NCBI GenBank assembly: GCA_030426805.1
Contig: JAUHXU010000004.1
Span: 46,792-110,791 of the forward strand
Origin: a bacterium
Lineage (GTDB): Bacteria > Planctomycetota > JAFGQW01
Direction of reading: 5' to 3'
Length of the DNA stretch: 64,000 nucleotides
Both the position numbers and the translations under genes were made by a program. A model generated the notes under the pieces. That model saw only the letters and a program-made list of their open reading frames with translations. It was not told the origin of the DNA and made no database searches. Below are positions 45,662-54,401 of the stretch, piece by piece. The stretch's first letter is position 1; each line of letters begins with the position of its first letter.

Positions 45662-46897
45662 TTGGCGGCACTGTTCGGACTCGCGCTCGCGTCGTGCACG
45701 ACCACCGCGCCGCCGGTGACCGCGATGCGCAACGTCGCGTGGCTGCGCCCCGAGGCGAAGCCGCGGGCGCTCGGTGCCCGGATGAGCGAGTTCTTCGCGC
45801 GCTACATCGCGGTCATCGAGGGGGCTGCCGACGCGATCGCCGCGGAAGCGTCGGATCCGGCTGCGCGCCGGGCTGCGCTCGCGTGGAAGGTCGAGTGCGT
45901 GGCGCTCGGGCAGTCCGCCGCACTTCGGCCCGATCCGCTCGCCGCGCTCTTCGACGCGTGGACGCTCTGCCGGCAGCTGCGCGTCGAGTTGACGGACGGT
46001 CCGGGTCGCGAACGATTCGGCGCCGCGCAGTCGCGTGCGGTCGCGGCGATCGATCGACTCGAGGGACTCGCGGTCGACATCGCGCGAACGGTCGTCGCGT
46101 CGCCGGACCTGTCGCCGATGCAGGCGATGGTGGACGAAGCCGTGGTCCGTTACCCGATCGACGGGCCGTTGCTCTCGCGACAGTCGCCGGTGATCGACTT
46201 CGCCGATCGGGTGGGCGAGGCCGGTGGGCTCGCCGAACTCGCCGCGAGCATGGACAAGCGCGCCGCCGACGTCGCGCAGCAACTACGGGTGGTCGGGTCG
46301 TTGGCCCCGCGCCAGGCGCGCTGGCAGGCGGAGTTGCTCGTCGCCGAGCCGCTCGCCGCGCTCGTCGAGACGACGGGCCGCGTCGCATCGGCGCTCGAGA
46401 CGCTGCCCGATCGGGTGCGCGACGAGCGGCGCGCGTTGACCACGTGGATGCGGGGCGAGCGCGAGGCGATCCTCGAAGCGGTGGACGCGCAGCGACTCGC
46501 GCTGGTCCGCGCGCTCGGCGACATCGTCGCCGCGGAGCGCACCCGCGTGCTCGAGGCCGTGGCGGCGGAGCGCACCGCGATCCTCGCCGCGGTGAAGGGC
46601 GAACGCGAAACGATCCTCGCCGCCGTCGCCGCAGAGCGGGCGGCGCTCGTCGACGCGATCGATGCGCAACGCGTCGCGACGCTCGAGACGCTCGCCGGGG
46701 AGCGGGCGATCGTCGTCGATGCCGCGTGCCGCGAGCGGCGCGCGACGACCGAAGCCGTGCGCGACGTCGTCGAGGACGCGTTCCCGCGGACCCGGGGGTT
46801 GATCGACCACTTCGTCCTGCGGATCGGTCTGCTCGGCGCGATCGCGTTCGTCGCGGTCACCGTGCTCGTGATCGTCTTGCGGCGTCGCGCGTCGTGA
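45662..46897 (+). CDS. hypothetical envelope protein with nine tandem 11-residue (hendecad) repeats and C-terminal TM anchor
   Basis: Possible lipoprotein signal ending LASC; the start (TTG 45662) is uncertain. Repeats run LEAVDAQRLAL / ERTRVLEAVAA / ERTAILAAVKG / ERETILAAVAA / ERAALVDAIDA ... C-terminal TM LLGAIAFVAVTVLVIVL. The frame continues into the next gene via GTGA. Confidence 0.45.
   Translation: MAALFGLALASCTTTAPPVTAMRNVAWLRPEAKPRALGARMSEFFARYIAVIEGAADAIAAEASDPAARRAALAWKVECVALGQSAALRPDPLAALFDAWTLCRQLRVELTDGPGRERFGAAQSRAVAAIDRLEGLAVDIARTVVASPDLSPMQAMVDEAVVRYPIDGPLLSRQSPVIDFADRVGEAGGLAELAASMDKRAADVAQQLRVVGSLAPRQARWQAELLVAEPLAALVETTGRVASALETLPDRVRDERRALTTWMRGEREAILEAVDAQRLALVRALGDIVAAERTRVLEAVAAERTAILAAVKGERETILAAVAAERAALVDAIDAQRVATLETLAGERAIVVDAACRERRATTEAVRDVVEDAFPRTRGLIDHFVLRIGLLGAIAFVAVTVLVIVLRRRAS
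46440..46750 (+). repeat. imperfect 33-nt tandem repeats (~9 copies) encoding the hendecad repeats
   Basis: Recurring ...gcggagcgcacccgcgtgctcgaggccgtggcg... units with 33-nt periodicity within the CDS. Confidence 0.5.
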
Positions 46898-47925
46898 CGG
46901 CCGGTCGGTCGCTGCGGTCGATCGGTCGCTGGCTCGCGATCGCGGCGCTCGCGCTGCTCGTGATCGTGCTCACCGGTTGGTGCGTGCTCGCGCTCTACTA
47001 CTCGAATCTCCCGGGCGAGGGGCTGCGGATCGCGGCCGCTGCCGCATTCGCGCTCGGGACGGCGGTCGCGTTCGCGTGCTTGCGCCGCCGCCTACGCACT
47101 GCGCTCTGGTTCTTCGTCGCCTTCGCGGCCGTGCTCGCGTACTGGTGGTTCATCCCGCCGCGCTTCGATCGCGATTGGGCGCCGGACGTCGCGGTGATGC
47201 CGGATGCGACGATCGACGGTGACCGCGTGACGATCCGCAACGTCCGCAACTTCCGCTACCGCAGCGAGAGCGACTTCGACGTCGCGTACGAGGACCGCAC
47301 CTACGACCTCAGCGCGCTCGAGTCGGTCGACCTGTTCCTGTCCTACTGGGACGGCAACCGCGCGATTGCGCACATGATGGTGAGCTTCGGATTCACCGAC
47401 GGCCGACGACTCGCGATCTCGATCGAGACGCGCAAGGAGAAGGGCGAGGGCTACTCGGCGATCGCCGGCTTCTTCAAGCAATACGAGCTGATCTACGTCG
47501 CGGCCGACGAGCGCGACGTCGTCGAGTTGCGGACGAACCATCGACGCGAGGACGTCTACCTCTACCCGATGGTCCACACAGCGGAACACCGGCGCCGGCT
47601 CTTCCTCGCGCTCGTCGAGCGCATCGCCGAGATGGCGGAGCGGCCCGAGTGGTACAACGCGTTCGACGACAACTGCACGACTGCGTGGCTGAGCGTGACG
47701 AGCCGCGCGGGCGACCGCGGGAACTTCGACCGCCGGCTGCTTCTCAACGGCTGGTTCGACGAGCTGGCCTACGAGCGCGGCAGCATCGTCGCCGACGAGA
47801 GCCACGGCCTGCCGTACGAGGCGATGCGCGCGAAGCACGCGATCAGCGCGATCGCACAGGAGGTCGGCGCCGACCCGGCCTTCTCGCGCAAGGTGCGTGC
47901 CCGGTTGCCGAAGCGAACGCCGTAG
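46894..47925 (+). CDS. DUF4105-domain membrane protein (Lnb-like)
   Basis: Three N-terminal TM helices, then NFRYRSESDFDVAYEDRTYDLSALESVDLFLSYW..FGFTDG..YELIYV typical of DUF4105. GTGA overlap with the upstream gene. Confidence 0.55.
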   Translation: MTAGRSLRSIGRWLAIAALALLVIVLTGWCVLALYYSNLPGEGLRIAAAAAFALGTAVAFACLRRRLRTALWFFVAFAAVLAYWWFIPPRFDRDWAPDVAVMPDATIDGDRVTIRNVRNFRYRSESDFDVAYEDRTYDLSALESVDLFLSYWDGNRAIAHMMVSFGFTDGRRLAISIETRKEKGEGYSAIAGFFKQYELIYVAADERDVVELRTNHRREDVYLYPMVHTAEHRRRLFLALVERIAEMAERPEWYNAFDDNCTTAWLSVTSRAGDRGNFDRRLLLNGWFDELAYERGSIVADESHGLPYEAMRAKHAISAIAQEVGADPAFSRKVRARLPKRTP

Positions 47926-47927
47926 CG

Positions 47928-49370
47928 CTACTCGGCGAGCACTCGGTCGATCAGCTGCTGCACGACGCCGGGATTCGCCTTGCCGCGGGTCTGCTTCATC
48001 ACGTGGCCGACGATCGCCCCCTTGGCCTTCTCCTTGCCGGCCCGGACGTCGGCGACGGCCTTCGGGCACGCGTCGATCGCGGCGCGCACGGCGGTCTCCA
48101 GCGCGTCGGTGTCGGAGAGTTGCTCGAGGCCGCGCGCCTTCGCGACCGTCGGCGCGTCGTCGCCGGTCTCGAGCATGCCCTGGAAGACCTCCTTGGCCTG
48201 CGTCGCGCTGACGGCGCCGTCGCGCTGCATCGCGATCAGTCCGGAGAGCGCACCCGACGGGATCGGAAACGCGTCGATCGTGTGCGTGCCCTCGTTGAGG
48301 ACGCGCTTGACCTCGTTCGTCACCCAGTTCGACACCGCTTTCGGGTCGTTGGCCGCGTCGGCAGCGACGGCCTCCTCGAAGTAGTCGGCGACGGAGGGCT
48401 CCTCGGCGAGGACCCAGCCGTCGTAGCGGGGCAGGCCGTGTGCGGTCGCGAGCCGGTCGACCTTCGCGCGCGGCAACTCGGGCAGCGTCGCGCCGATCGC
48501 CTCGACCTCGTCGCCGGCGATCGTCACGGGCGGCACGTCCGGCTCGGGGAAGTAGCGGTAGTCGTGCGCCTGTTCCTTCGAGCGCATCGGGCGGGTCTCG
48601 CCGGTCGTCGCGTCGAACAGCCGCGTCTGCTGGACGATTTCCTCGGAGCCGTGCTCGAGCGCCGCGGTGTGGCGCGCGACCTCGAACTCGAGCGCGCGTT
48701 GCACGTTGCGGAACGAGTTGAGGTTCTTGATCTCGACCTTCGTGCCGAACGCCTCCTGGCCGCGCGGCCGGACCGACACGTTCGCGTCGCAGCGGAGGCT
48801 GCCCTTCTCCATGTCGCAGTCGCTGACGCCGATGTAGCGGAGCGTGAGCTTGAGCGCGGTCAGGTAGCGATACGCCTCCTCGGGCGAGCGCATGTCCGGT
48901 TCGCTGACGATCTCGAGCAACGGCACGCCGCATCGGTTCAGATCGACGACGCTGCCGCCCGTGTCGCGGTGGGTCGACTTGCCGGCGTCCTCTTCGAGGT
49001 GGATCCGGGTGATCCCGATCCGCTTCGTCGACCCGTCCTTGAACTCGATCGTGATCGCGCCGCCGGAACAGAACGGCTCGTCGAACTGCGAGATCTGGTA
49101 GCCCTTCGGCAGGTCGGGGTAGAAGTAGTTCTTACGGTCGAACTTCGTGTGCGTCGCGACGTCGGCACCGACCGCGAGCGCAGTGCGGATCCCGAGGCGG
49201 AGCGCCTCGCGGTTGAGCACCGGCAACGCACCGGGGAGCGCGAGGCAGACGGGGCACGTTTGCGTGTTCGGCTGGCCGCCGTACTCGTAGGCGCACCGGC
49301 AGAAGAGCTTGGTCGCGGTGTCGAGCTGCACGTGGACCTCGAGCCCGATGATCGTCTCCCACGCACTCAT
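47928..49370 (-). CDS. gatB: Asp-tRNA(Asn)/Glu-tRNA(Gln) amidotransferase subunit B
   Basis: WETIIGLEVHVQL..KLFC and the YqeY-like C-terminus. Confidence 0.95.
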   Translation of the reverse strand: MSAWETIIGLEVHVQLDTATKLFCRCAYEYGGQPNTQTCPVCLALPGALPVLNREALRLGIRTALAVGADVATHTKFDRKNYFYPDLPKGYQISQFDEPFCSGGAITIEFKDGSTKRIGITRIHLEEDAGKSTHRDTGGSVVDLNRCGVPLLEIVSEPDMRSPEEAYRYLTALKLTLRYIGVSDCDMEKGSLRCDANVSVRPRGQEAFGTKVEIKNLNSFRNVQRALEFEVARHTAALEHGSEEIVQQTRLFDATTGETRPMRSKEQAHDYRYFPEPDVPPVTIAGDEVEAIGATLPELPRAKVDRLATAHGLPRYDGWVLAEEPSVADYFEEAVAADAANDPKAVSNWVTNEVKRVLNEGTHTIDAFPIPSGALSGLIAMQRDGAVSATQAKEVFQGMLETGDDAPTVAKARGLEQLSDTDALETAVRAAIDACPKAVADVRAGKEKAKGAIVGHVMKQTRGKANPGVVQQLIDRVLAE

Positions 49371-50836
49371 GCGATCGGCTCCTCACGGCTGTAGTCGGTC
49401 GCCGCCTCGAATGCCGCGGCGGTGCGGAGCAGTGTCGGCTCGGCGAACGGAGGCGCGAGGAGTTGCACGCCGATCGGCAGCCGCCCCTCGGTGAAACCCG
49501 CCGGGCAGCTCAGCGCACAGATCCCGGCGAGGTTTGCGGTCACGGTGAGGACGTCCATCATGTACATCGCCAGGGCGTCGTCGACGACCGCGCCGAGCGG
49601 CGCGGCCGGTGCCGGCGCGACCGGTCCGACGAGCACGTCGACGTCGGCGAACGCGGCGTCGAAGTCGCGGCGGATCAGCGTGCGCACCTGCTGCGCCTTC
49701 TTGTAGTAGGCGTCGTAGTAGCCGGCGCTGAGGGCGAACGTGCCGAGCATGATCCGCTTCTTCACCTCGAGGCCGAACCCGTCGCCGCGGCTCCGCGTGT
49801 AGAGGTGCTCGAGGTCGGGCGCGTCGGCGCGCGTCGTGTAGTGCACGCCGTCGTAGCGCGCGAGGTTGCTCGACGCCTCCGAGGTCGCGACGAGGTAGTA
49901 GACCGGGATGCCGTACTCGGTGTGGGGGAGCGACACGTCGCGCGTCTCGGCGCCGAGGCCGCGCAGCGTCTCGATCGCGCGCTCGACGGTCGCGCGGACC
50001 TCCGGGTCGACGCCGTCGCCGAAGAACTCGCGCGGCACGCCGATCCGAAGGCCTTCGACGCCTTGGCCGAGCGACGCCGCGTAGTCCGGGACCGGTTCGT
50101 CGGCCGACGTCGAGTCGCGCGTGTCGCGACCGGCGATCACGCCGAGGAGCAGTGCGAGGTCGGCCGCACTCGTCGCGAACGGGCCGATCTGATCGAGACT
50201 CGACGCGTAGGCGGCGGCGCCGTAGCGACTCACGCGCCCGTAGGTCGTCTTCAATCCGTAGACGCCGCACAGCGATGCCGGCTGGCGGATGCTGCCGCCG
50301 GTCTCGGTGCCGAGTGCGAGCGGCGCCATCCGCGCGGCGACCGCGACGGCGCTGCCGCCGCTCGAGCCGCCGGGGAAGCGCGCGGGGTCCCACGGGTTCT
50401 TCGTGACCTTGAACGCCGACGTCTCGGTGGTCGAGCCCATCGCGAACTCGTCGAGGTTCGTGCGACCGAAGAGGACCGCGTCGGCGGCGCGGAGGCGCTC
50501 GATCACGTGGGCGTCGTATGGCGAGACGTAGTTCTCGAGAATCCGCGAGCCGCACGTGAGCGGTGCGTCCCGCTCCGCGATCAGGTCCTTGATCGCGACC
50601 GGCACGCCGGCGAGCGGTCCGAGCGTTTCGCCGCGGTCCCGGCGCGCGTCGATCGCATCGGCCTGGGCGCGGACGCGGGCGGCGTCGAGCTCGAGGAACG
50701 CGTCGAGTCCGGGCTCGACGCTCGCGGCGCGGGCGAGGAACGCATCGGCGATCGAGCGGGCGGAGCGTTCGCCTGCCGCGCACGCCCGGGCGAGGTCGAC
50801 CGCGCTCTCGCGGTGCAGCGCGTCCACGGAGCTCAC
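49367..50836 (-). CDS. gatA: Asp-tRNA(Asn)/Glu-tRNA(Gln) amidotransferase subunit A
   Basis: Amidase signature GGSSGGSAVAVAA with catalytic Ser, and LAGVPVAIKDL. Confidence 0.95.
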   Translation of the reverse strand: MSSVDALHRESAVDLARACAAGERSARSIADAFLARAASVEPGLDAFLELDAARVRAQADAIDARRDRGETLGPLAGVPVAIKDLIAERDAPLTCGSRILENYVSPYDAHVIERLRAADAVLFGRTNLDEFAMGSTTETSAFKVTKNPWDPARFPGGSSGGSAVAVAARMAPLALGTETGGSIRQPASLCGVYGLKTTYGRVSRYGAAAYASSLDQIGPFATSAADLALLLGVIAGRDTRDSTSADEPVPDYAASLGQGVEGLRIGVPREFFGDGVDPEVRATVERAIETLRGLGAETRDVSLPHTEYGIPVYYLVATSEASSNLARYDGVHYTTRADAPDLEHLYTRSRGDGFGLEVKKRIMLGTFALSAGYYDAYYKKAQQVRTLIRRDFDAAFADVDVLVGPVAPAPAAPLGAVVDDALAMYMMDVLTVTANLAGICALSCPAGFTEGRLPIGVQLLAPPFAEPTLLRTAAAFEAATDYSREEPIA

Positions 50837-51126
50837 CCGTCGCCGCCGAGGACCGGCGGCACGCGGAAGAGGTCGCCTTCGCGGTCGGGGGCGTTGCGGA
50901 GGCCCTCGGCGACCGGAAGGGACGCAATCGGCTCGTCGGCCGCGTCCACGTCGGTCGCGTCGAGGGGGTGGGACGTGATCGGGACGTCGGTCGTGTCGAC
51001 CCGGTCGAGCATCTCGATATGGGCCAGGATCTTGCCGAGGTCCGAGATCAGCCGTTCCCGCTGGGCGGGGTCGAGGTCGAGGCGGGCGAGGGCGGCGACC
51101 GAATCGACGACGCTCGGGTCTACCAT
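50833..51126 (-). CDS. gatC: Asp-tRNA(Asn)/Glu-tRNA(Gln) amidotransferase subunit C
   Basis: MVDPSVVDSVAALARLDL... Overlaps the gatA start by 4 nt. ATG chosen over the upstream TTG. Confidence 0.8.
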   Translation of the reverse strand: MVDPSVVDSVAALARLDLDPAQRERLISDLGKILAHIEMLDRVDTTDVPITSHPLDATDVDAADEPIASLPVAEGLRNAPDREGDLFRVPPVLGGDG

Positions 51127-51477
51127 GGGCTGTCCCAACTCGTTATCATTCAGTGGTTTGGGCGGCTACTCGCCGGTCCCGAGCCCGGCGGCCCGGCCGT
51201 AGCGCGCCGTCCTGGTGGACGGCGGGCGGGCAATCGTAGTTGAGGGGCCCTGGCGCTTTCAACCGCGGGCGGTGCGGGGCCCAACTTTACGCTTGCTGCG
51301 CGGAATTCGGGATCCTAAGATACCTGCGCCCTTGACGAGCCGGATCGGGACTTCGAGGCGGTTTCCCGATTTTGGCGACATGCGTCGGCTGCGGCGTCCG
51401 TTGTTCGTGACGTCCGATCGGTCCGACCGAGGACGCTTTCCCGCGAGAAGCCGCAACTTCTTGGGAGCACGACACCG

Positions 51478-52047
51478 ATGCCGACTGGCGACCTGATCAT
51501 CCTCGGGCTTACGCTGCAGATCGTGGGGATCTACTTCCTCGCGGCCAGCGTCGTGTTCAAGCGCCCCAAGCGCATCCTCGAGGAGATCTACGGGATCCGC
51601 AAGGGTAGCCTCCGTCCGGTGAAGGACTCCGTCTATCGGAAGTACCAGGTCATCGGCGGCTTCGTCTTCCTGATGGTGGGCTACGTCTTCCAGATCTACG
51701 GCGTGGTTCGCCGCGTCGACGCGGGCAGCCTCTTCGAGCAATGGCGCATCGGCACCGTGCTCGTCGTGTTGCTCGTCAGCATCGCGATCGTCACGATGCT
51801 GATCAACCTGATCGGCACCGCCTGGACGCGCTTCAGCTTCCAGCGCATGCTCCTCACGTTCTGCCAGCAGCACTCCGACGCGCTGACGCTCAACCGGGCG
51901 CTGACGAAGGAGATGGGCGAGATCCTCGGCGTGCAGAAGTCCGAGGACATGACGATCGACGAGTACATTTCGGAGATCAAAGAGCGGCTGCGCCTGAACG
52001 AGGCCGCCGGCGCGAAGGGGACCGCGAACCACCTCGCGTCCCGCTGA
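51478..52047 (+). CDS. hypothetical membrane protein (3 TM)
   Basis: Hydrophobic helices IILGLTLQIVGIYFLAASVVF, VIGGFVFLMVGYVFQIYGVV and VLVVLLVSIAIVTMLINLIG. Confidence 0.5.
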   Translation: MPTGDLIILGLTLQIVGIYFLAASVVFKRPKRILEEIYGIRKGSLRPVKDSVYRKYQVIGGFVFLMVGYVFQIYGVVRRVDAGSLFEQWRIGTVLVVLLVSIAIVTMLINLIGTAWTRFSFQRMLLTFCQQHSDALTLNRALTKEMGEILGVQKSEDMTIDEYISEIKERLRLNEAAGAKGTANHLASR

Positions 52048-52126
52048 TCCGCGCCAGAAGTCGCGCGCCAGAAAGGCCGCGCCAAAAAGCTCGCGACCGA
52101 TTGCGCTGCGCCCCGACTGAAGGGGC

Positions 52127-52837
52127 GTGTCCGTCTCCACCGAACTCCTCGCCGTCTCCGATGCGCTGATCGGGCTGTGGTTGCCCCGGCGGTGCCTCTT
52201 GTGCGGCGCGACGCCGCTCGGCGGCCGCGAGATCCGGCTGTGCGCCGGGTGTCGCCGGAAGTTGCGAACGGCACCGAGCCCGTCCGAGACCCCTCGGTGG
52301 CGCGGCGTCGAGGCCGGGTGGGCTGCGACGTCGTTCACCGGCGACGTGCGCGAGCTGCTGCTGCGGCTCAAATACCGCCGCGAGGTCGCGCTCGCCGCTG
52401 ATGCGGCGCGGCTCGTGACGCAGGCGCGTCACCGGGACACCCTCGGACGTCTCGGCCCGTTCGACGCCCTCGTGCCGGTGCCGCTCCACCCGCGCCGACG
52501 GCGCGAGCGGGGATTCAACCAGGCGGAGCGGATCGCATGCGCGGTCGCTGCGCGGCTGCGGGGCGTGCCGGTCGTCGGCGCGATCGAGCGGACCCGCGAC
52601 ACGCCGTCTCAGATCGGGCGCGACCCGGTCGCCCGTCGCCGGAACCTCCGCGGCGCCTTTCGCCCGGTGGCGCGGGTGCAGGTCCGGGGTCGGGCCGTCG
52701 TCCTCGTCGACGACGTCGTGACGACCGGTGCGACCGTCGCGGCTGCGGCGCGGGCCCTGCGGGCCGCCGGCGCGCGGCGGGTGGCTGCGCTCGCCGTCGC
52801 GGCCAGCGGCGGCCCTTCGGAAGCGCCGGCGGAATGA
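52127..52837 (+). CDS. comFC: ComF family protein (ComFC-type phosphoribosyltransferase)
   Basis: N-terminal Cys cluster CLLCGA..CAGC. PRTase motifs VPVPLHPRRRRERGFNQAE and VVLVDDVVTTGAT. Confidence 0.75.
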   Translation: MSVSTELLAVSDALIGLWLPRRCLLCGATPLGGREIRLCAGCRRKLRTAPSPSETPRWRGVEAGWAATSFTGDVRELLLRLKYRREVALAADAARLVTQARHRDTLGRLGPFDALVPVPLHPRRRRERGFNQAERIACAVAARLRGVPVVGAIERTRDTPSQIGRDPVARRRNLRGAFRPVARVQVRGRAVVLVDDVVTTGATVAAAARALRAAGARRVAALAVAASGGPSEAPAE

Positions 52838-52878
52838 CGATAGCCTCTACCGAGGTGACCGACGGGGAGGGGACCGCG

Positions 52879-53400
52879 ATGACGATGAACCGCCGCCAGG
52901 GCGTGACGATGTTCGAGCTGATCGTGCTCGGCGCGGTGTTGATCGCGTCGGGGGCGCTCGTCGTCCCGATCGTCACGTCGGAGATGAGTCGTGGAGACCG
53001 CGCCGCAGCGCAAGAGGATTGCCGACGGATCGCGGTCGCGCTCGAGCTCTACGCGAAGGAAGTCGAGCCCGCTCCGCGCCATCCCGTCGGTGGCAAGATC
53101 CTGCACTGGATGAAGGGCCCGGGCGACACGCCGGGCCGCAACGCGTTCGAGGACGGCGGGGCGAACTGTCGGCTCGACCAGCTCCTCGGTGCGGGCAAGC
53201 GCGACGACGAGTCGCCGCTGCACGTGCTCGGGTCGATCGGCCCGGACCCGTGGGGGCACGCCTACCTCGTCAACACCCACGGCTTCACCGACGGCACCGA
53301 ACGGATCTGGGTGTTGAGCGCCGGTCCGAACGGGATCGTCGACACGAAGCCGACCGCGGTCGCGATCGGCGGCGACGACGTCGGGCGTTCGCTGCGCTGA
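52879..53400 (+). CDS. prepilin-type N-terminal cleavage/methylation protein, GspG-like pseudopilin
   Basis: Leader MTMNRRQG then VTMFELIV, with Glu at +5. C-terminal DPWGHAY resembles GspG DPWGNPY. The alternative ATG at 52834 overlaps the comFC stop (ATGA). Confidence 0.65.
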   Translation: MTMNRRQGVTMFELIVLGAVLIASGALVVPIVTSEMSRGDRAAAQEDCRRIAVALELYAKEVEPAPRHPVGGKILHWMKGPGDTPGRNAFEDGGANCRLDQLLGAGKRDDESPLHVLGSIGPDPWGHAYLVNTHGFTDGTERIWVLSAGPNGIVDTKPTAVAIGGDDVGRSLR

Positions 53401-53410
53401 TCGGGATCGG

Positions 53411-54379
53411 TCAGAGGGCCGCGCGGCCCTTGCTCGACGCGACGCGCTCGAGCACGAAGATCACGAGGAAGCCGGCGATCGCGAGCCCGATCGCGAGCAG
53501 CACCTGCGGGTTCTCGACCGCGCTCGGCAGCACGCTCTGGTCGCGCCACGGGACCTCCTCGCCCTTGGAGTTGATCCGGGTCTCGAGCACGTGCCGCCAC
53601 GGCCACACCTTGTTCAGCGAGCCGACCATCAGTCCGCACAGGAACGCGACGGTCGCCTGCTTGTAGTGGCGGAACAGCCACGAGAGCACGTGCGAGAACG
53701 TCAGGAGGCCGAGGCCGCAGCCGATCGCGAACACCGCGATCGTCCCGATCGCCCGTTCGTGGATCGCGTGCATGATCTGCTCGTACTTGCCCATCAGCAG
53801 CAGGATGAACGAGCCGGAGATACCGGGCAGGATCATCGCGCAGATCGCGATCATTCCCGACAGCAGGATGAACCAGATCGCGTCCGGGGTCTGCGCCGGG
53901 ACCGCGATCGTGACGCAGTAGCCGAGCGCGATGCCCGCGACCGAGGCGACGATCACGCGGGGGCGCCAGCGCTCGATCTCCTTCGCGATCAGTAGCGTGG
54001 ACGCGACGATCAACCCGAAGAAGAACGACCAGATCGCGATCGGGTGCTCGCGCAGCAAGTAGGTGATCGCCTTGGCGAGCGACACGACGCTGATCCCGAC
54101 GCCGATGAACAGCGCGACGAGGAACCAACCGTTGATCTTCGTCCAGACCGCGGCGGCGCCGAGCGCGAGCTTCTCGCCGGCCGTGTTGCCGCGGGCGGCG
54201 CGTTCGCGGAACAGGCCGATCAACGACGGCTCGATCGACTTCAGGCTCTCGATCAGCTCGACGTAGATGCCGGTGATGAACGCGATCGTGCCACCGGAGA
54301 CGCCGGGGACGACGTCGGCGGCACCCATCGCGATTCCACGCAGCGTCACACCGAGCGACTGGAACAGGTTTCGTTTCAT
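53411..54379 (-). CDS. DUF368-family membrane protein
   Basis: Duplicated GVSGGTIAF... / ILPGISGSFILLLMG motifs typical of DUF368. RBS GAGGA. Confidence 0.7.
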   Translation of the reverse strand: MKRNLFQSLGVTLRGIAMGAADVVPGVSGGTIAFITGIYVELIESLKSIEPSLIGLFRERAARGNTAGEKLALGAAAVWTKINGWFLVALFIGVGISVVSLAKAITYLLREHPIAIWSFFFGLIVASTLLIAKEIERWRPRVIVASVAGIALGYCVTIAVPAQTPDAIWFILLSGMIAICAMILPGISGSFILLLMGKYEQIMHAIHERAIGTIAVFAIGCGLGLLTFSHVLSWLFRHYKQATVAFLCGLMVGSLNKVWPWRHVLETRINSKGEEVPWRDQSVLPSAVENPQVLLAIGLAIAGFLVIFVLERVASSKGRAAL

Positions 54380-54401
54380 CGGATCCTCGAAGTCGTGTGT
54401 C

